Origin: an uncultured Planctomycetota bacterium
GTDB lineage: Bacteria > Planctomycetota > SZUA-567 > JAFGNG01
Direction of reading: 5' to 3'
Length of the DNA stretch: 31,455 nucleotides
Assembly (NCBI GenBank): GCA_947311175.1
Contig: CAMZKK010000104.1
Coordinates: forward strand, 1-31,455
Below are positions 27,888 through 31,455 of this stretch, one piece after another; within the stretch, counting starts at the first letter, position 1, and every line of letters begins with the position of its first letter. The position numbers and the translations under genes were made by a program. Below the pieces are notes generated by a model that had not been told where the DNA came from, made no database searches, and saw only the letters and a program-made list of their open reading frames with translations.

Positions 27888-29012
27888 TTAACCCACAATC
27901 TCTTTCTCCCAAATAGCAATTTGTTTCAATCTCTCAATTATCGGTAAGTGTTGTGTGCATTCGGTTTCACACTTTCCGCAAGCGACACATTCTTCTGCAA
28001 TACTTTTAGGACCAACCAAAATACCCCAAGTGGAATCGTGTTTTAATTGCGTCTTCATTTCTTCGTCTGTCTTATCAAACATAACTCTTTCATTATAGAA
28101 CTGCATATAATTTGGGATATTTATTTCTTTTGGACATTCTTTGCAATAACCGCAAGTAGTGCAAACCATATCTAATTTTTGCTCAATCAAGACAGACAAT
28201 TTTTCTATCTCAATTGGGCTAAGGAATGAGGCTGTATCTGCAATCTTACATGCTAAATCAATATGGCTTCTATTGGAAAATCCTATCAGGCAAACATCAA
28301 TGTTTTGATATTCAATCCCAAAACGGATAGCTGCTTCAACAGCATTCTTATCATTTTTATCACAGAGAAATTGTAACTTATCTACATATTTAGGAATTAG
28401 CCCCCCTCCGAGTGGATTCATTGCCACCGTTCCTAGTCCATGCTCTTTAGCATATTCAAGTGCACTTGCCCGATATTTGAAATTTAGAATATTTGCCCCT
28501 AGCAAAATTCCTTCAACCTTGCCATCTTTTAAAATTTCAGTTATTTCGTCGCCTTGCATATGAGCAGAGCAGACAATGTGTTCAATCAAACCTTCTTCTT
28601 TTGCCTTGAGCAAACCATCATACTGTGCACCATTACGAATTGCATCTTGATAATGATTTGTATGTCGAATACACCAAATATGATAAAAATCAATCTTATC
28701 TACATTTAACCTATCAAGAGATTTGCAAACCGCTTCATACGACAATTCACTAGTTGATAACTTTTGCGGAAATCCCTTGGTCGAAACAAAAAAATTATTT
28801 CTATTCATTTTTTTGAAGGCAAGCCCCATAATATCTTCTGAAGTATCATTGCAATAATCTGGTGCGGTATCAAAATAATTTATCCCCTTTTGATATGCAT
28901 AGCTGACAATCTCAGCATTTTCCTCTTTAGATTTGTTGGTGTCAAATCTCATCCCGCCAAATCCAATTGCCGATACCTGTTTGTTTGTGTTTCCGTATTT
29001 GTTGTATTTCAT
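27888..29012 (-). CDS. Aldo/keto reductase with a C-terminal 4Fe-4S dicluster domain
   Basis: SAIGFGGMRF, GINYFDTAPDY, STK, LNVDKIDFYHIW, AMNPLGGG; CTTCGYCKECP and CVACGKCETEC. Confidence 0.92.
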   Translation of the reverse strand: MKYNKYGNTNKQVSAIGFGGMRFDTNKSKEENAEIVSYAYQKGINYFDTAPDYCNDTSEDIMGLAFKKMNRNNFFVSTKGFPQKLSTSELSYEAVCKSLDRLNVDKIDFYHIWCIRHTNHYQDAIRNGAQYDGLLKAKEEGLIEHIVCSAHMQGDEITEILKDGKVEGILLGANILNFKYRASALEYAKEHGLGTVAMNPLGGGLIPKYVDKLQFLCDKNDKNAVEAAIRFGIEYQNIDVCLIGFSNRSHIDLACKIADTASFLSPIEIEKLSVLIEQKLDMVCTTCGYCKECPKEINIPNYMQFYNERVMFDKTDEEMKTQLKHDSTWGILVGPKSIAEECVACGKCETECTQHLPIIERLKQIAIWEKEIVG

Positions 29013-29225
29013 GATTGTTTCCTTTTATTTATAAATTCTCATTGTTTTTATTTTAAAGTCAAGTCACAGCAATATGTTAAGTCAAAAAACAATGATAAAA
29101 AATAAGATAAATGAAAAATCTTCTCAAGCAAACTCACCAATAAAGACGATATTCAGTATAGAGCATATTGAGCAATATAACATTATGCTAAGTGATATGA
29201 CATTAACAAACACAGGAGGAAATCG

Positions 29226-29639
29226 GTGTCAAGAAAATTAACTATTCCAAGGGGTACAAAGATTAGAAAGATTAATCTTTCGCGTAAAGTTTCCCCCTGT
29301 CCAAGATGCAACCATATGGGCAAAAGACATTCGCTTGGCTATAGAAAGCTAAGAGAAATTGGCATCAGCGGACCTACAATTTTGGAAATTGTATATAGTA
29401 AACACTATTGCACACAGTGTCGTCGTCACTTTTCTCAAATAATGGATCATCTTGCAATGCCAAGTGGTAGATTTACTAATCGAGTAAGAAAAACTGCTGT
29501 TGATTTAGTTGTAAAGCAATCAATGACTTTAGAAAAAGCAACTCAAAGAATGCGACAAAAATATCACGTACATGTTCCTCCAACAACGTTACATGATTGG
29601 ATAGTTGCGAGTGTTGATATAATACTTCCGCAAAAATAA
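29226..29639 (+). CDS. Standalone ISL3-type zinc-finger + HTH protein (transposase N-terminal module, no DDE domain)
   Basis: CPRC...RKLREIG...HYCTQCRRHF...RFTNRV, C-terminal VPPTTLHDW; AGGAGG RBS and GTG start. Confidence 0.7.
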   Translation: MSRKLTIPRGTKIRKINLSRKVSPCPRCNHMGKRHSLGYRKLREIGISGPTILEIVYSKHYCTQCRRHFSQIMDHLAMPSGRFTNRVRKTAVDLVVKQSMTLEKATQRMRQKYHVHVPPTTLHDWIVASVDIILPQK

Positions 29640-29666
29640 AAAATGCCGTCACAAGACGGCTTTTTT
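29639..29666 (+). terminator. Rho-independent terminator (likely bidirectional)
   Basis: GCCGTC-ACAA-GACGGC (29645-29660) followed by TTTTTT and preceded by an A run. Confidence 0.8.
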
Positions 29667-29719
29667 ATATTCATATCTTTAAAACCCATCATCCTAAATT
29701 TCAACTGTTGAATTTATAG

Positions 29720-30538
29720 TTAACGGCTACGCTTCTTGTTCTTTGAAAATTTTTGTTTATGGGAATATTTATTTTTCGCCTTTTTTGCCGGTTTATCTAT
29801 TTCCCCTGCATTTATCATTAAAGTCTTAATTCGCTTCAACTCCTTTGCATTCATAAGTCGAGCTCTGCCCTTTGAGATTCCCTTTAACGATAAAGGACCA
29901 ATAAATATTCTTTTTAGTTTTCTTGCTTCGTGACCAACTGTAGCGAAGATTCTTCTTACTTCACGATTAAGACCTTCGCTAATCTGAATTTCTACTCTGC
30001 TTTGTTTTGTATTTCTAGCAAGGATTGATAGCTTTCCCGGAATAACTTTTCTGCCACCAATCCTTACTCCTTCGCGAATATTGGCAATCGTCTCGTCTGT
30101 TAAAAATCCATCAACCGTAACTCGATAAACCTTTGTAACCTCACAGCTTGGATGAGTAAGATATTTTGCCATATCACCATCATTTGTAAGAACTAATAAC
30201 CCTTCGCTATCTCGGTCTAATCGTCCAACAGGATATATCCGTTCAGTAATTCCTTCAATCAAATCCATTACTGTCTTTCGCCCAAGATCGTCATCAGTTG
30301 TAGTGACAAATCCTCGTGGTTTATTTAACAATACATAGATTTTTTTCTCTCCACGAATGATTTTTCCATTCACCTTAACTACATCCTTGCCAGGGGTTAT
30401 TTTAATCCCCGGCTCAATAGCCAATTCTCCGTTTACATAAACCAAGCCATCGAGCATCATTTCTTCTGCTTTTCGCCTTGAGGTTAAACCGCAATTTGCT
30501 AAGTATTTGTGTAATCTCACTTCCATCGTTTTCTCCAT
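29720..30538 (-). CDS. rluB: S4-domain pseudouridine synthase, RsuA/RluB family
   Basis: RLHKYLANCGLTSRRKAE, LNKPRG, YPVGRLDRDSEGLL, EGLNREVRR, LKRIFIGPL; the exact family member is uncertain. Confidence 0.85.
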   Translation of the reverse strand: MEKTMEVRLHKYLANCGLTSRRKAEEMMLDGLVYVNGELAIEPGIKITPGKDVVKVNGKIIRGEKKIYVLLNKPRGFVTTTDDDLGRKTVMDLIEGITERIYPVGRLDRDSEGLLVLTNDGDMAKYLTHPSCEVTKVYRVTVDGFLTDETIANIREGVRIGGRKVIPGKLSILARNTKQSRVEIQISEGLNREVRRIFATVGHEARKLKRIFIGPLSLKGISKGRARLMNAKELKRIKTLMINAGEIDKPAKKAKNKYSHKQKFSKNKKRSR

Positions 30539-30539
30539 T

Positions 30540-31455
30540 TTATTTCATATAAAACAACAATAATGTTGCTTGTGGGTTTGCTTCAATACTATATTCTTTC
30601 ACACTTGCCGGGACAAGGCAAGTTTGCCATTTCTTTAGTTGTACACTTCCGTCTTCGCAAATTACCTTAACTCCACTGGTAATGGCTGTAATTATATGAA
30701 ATGTTTTGTTATGGGTATTTAATAAAGTTGTTTTGTCTATTTGGGATATTTTATCAAAACAAAATTTATCACAACTTATAAAATTTTCACGGATTGCTCC
30801 GGCTTGTGGCGTAATGATAGGTTTAGACTTTTCGTTGAGCATAGAAGAAAAGTCAATTACTGCCAAACCCTCTTCGATGTGTAATTGTCTAGGTTTGCCA
30901 TCTAGCCCGACTCTGTTCCAATCAAAAATACGGAATGTTGTATCGCTGTTTTGTTGAATCTCAACCATTCTAATTCCCGGACCAAGTGAATGGATAGTAC
31001 CGGCAGGGATATAATAAACCTCTCCTGCTGAAACCGCTACTTTATTTAGACATTGTTCAATCTTTCCCTTTTTAACATTTCACAAAAAAAATCTTTGGTA
31101 ACACCATGCTTTATTCCATAGTAAATATATGCTTCTTTGTCCGCTTCGAGAATATACCATGCTTCTGTCTTGCCAAGTTCTCCATGTTTTTTGGATGATG
31201 CATATTTATCACTGGGGTGAACCTGCACCGATAATGATGATTTGGAATCAAGCAGTTTGAGCATTAAAGGAAATTTTTCAGGATTATTGTTGTCAATAGC
31301 ATTTCCTACCAATTCCTTTGGGTTGTTGATAAACATTTGCCTCAATGTTTTTCCACATAAATTATCTTTGCCATTTGCAATAATACTGACATCATCCTCA
31401 TGATCTGCAATTTCCCAACTTTCCCCAATGGTTTCATTTCCATTATATAGGTATA
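30540..31455 (-). pseudogene. manA: Type I mannose-6-phosphate isomerase, 5'-truncated by the window edge and frameshifted as sequenced (one A missing in the A5 run at 31069-31073)
   Basis: IGESWEI, FPLMLKLLD, LSVQVHP, GKTEAWY, then IPAGTIHSLG, VEIQQNSDTTFRIFDWNR; the frame is open to the window edge. Confidence 0.88.

Noticed and set aside
186-30957. Short alternative-frame or antisense ORFs in the track (e.g. 186-476, 1931-2287, 3393-3755, 19601-19861, 21026-21331, 24188-24751, 25952-26140, 28890-29105, 30706-30957)
   Set aside because: They overlap well-supported genes or lack an RBS and motifs; treated as shadow ORFs.
1-31455. CRISPR array, tRNA, rRNA, riboswitch or complete IS element
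   Set aside because: No regularly spaced repeats, cloverleaf, recognisable aptamer or transposase with terminal inverted repeats was found by eye; a covariance-model scan was not run.

Overview
AT-rich (roughly one-third GC by eye) chromosomal window from a diderm bacterium, most likely PVC superphylum (Planctomycetota/Lentisphaerota-like). This is inferred from an H-X9-DG prepilin-like gene, a GYF_2 protein, the XerC style and TolC. Left arm (+): prepilin-like gene, three tandem secreted parallel beta-helix paralogues that I recall as resembling Methanosarcina disaggregatase-family proteins, a GH36 glycosidase, an M55 peptidase, an active/degenerate amidohydrolase pair, a PTS EIIA-CBS fusion and an ArsB/NhaD-family permease. 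Middle (-): xerC, an orphan protein, a pseudokinase-pseudoreceiver fusion, a degenerate HD-GYP protein, an Fe-ADH, a GYF_2 membrane protein and a small membrane protein. Right: mscS, LplA-like, TolC, STAS, malic enzyme, sppA, a solute-binding protein, a bile-acid:Na symporter-like protein, an AKR-ferredoxin, a standalone ISL3-type zinc-finger/HTH gene, an RsuA/RluB pseudouridine synthase and a 5'-truncated mannose-6-phosphate isomerase. Three genes carry single-base homopolymer frameshifts, probably sequencing errors. No rRNA, tRNA, CRISPR array or complete IS was seen. Best candidates for novelty are (1) the secreted disaggregatase-like triplet in a putative polymer-degradation locus, (2) a coupled operon of catalytically degenerate signalling proteins, and (3) a seemingly domesticated transposase N-terminal module. 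All family assignments come from motif recognition only; no database search was run.
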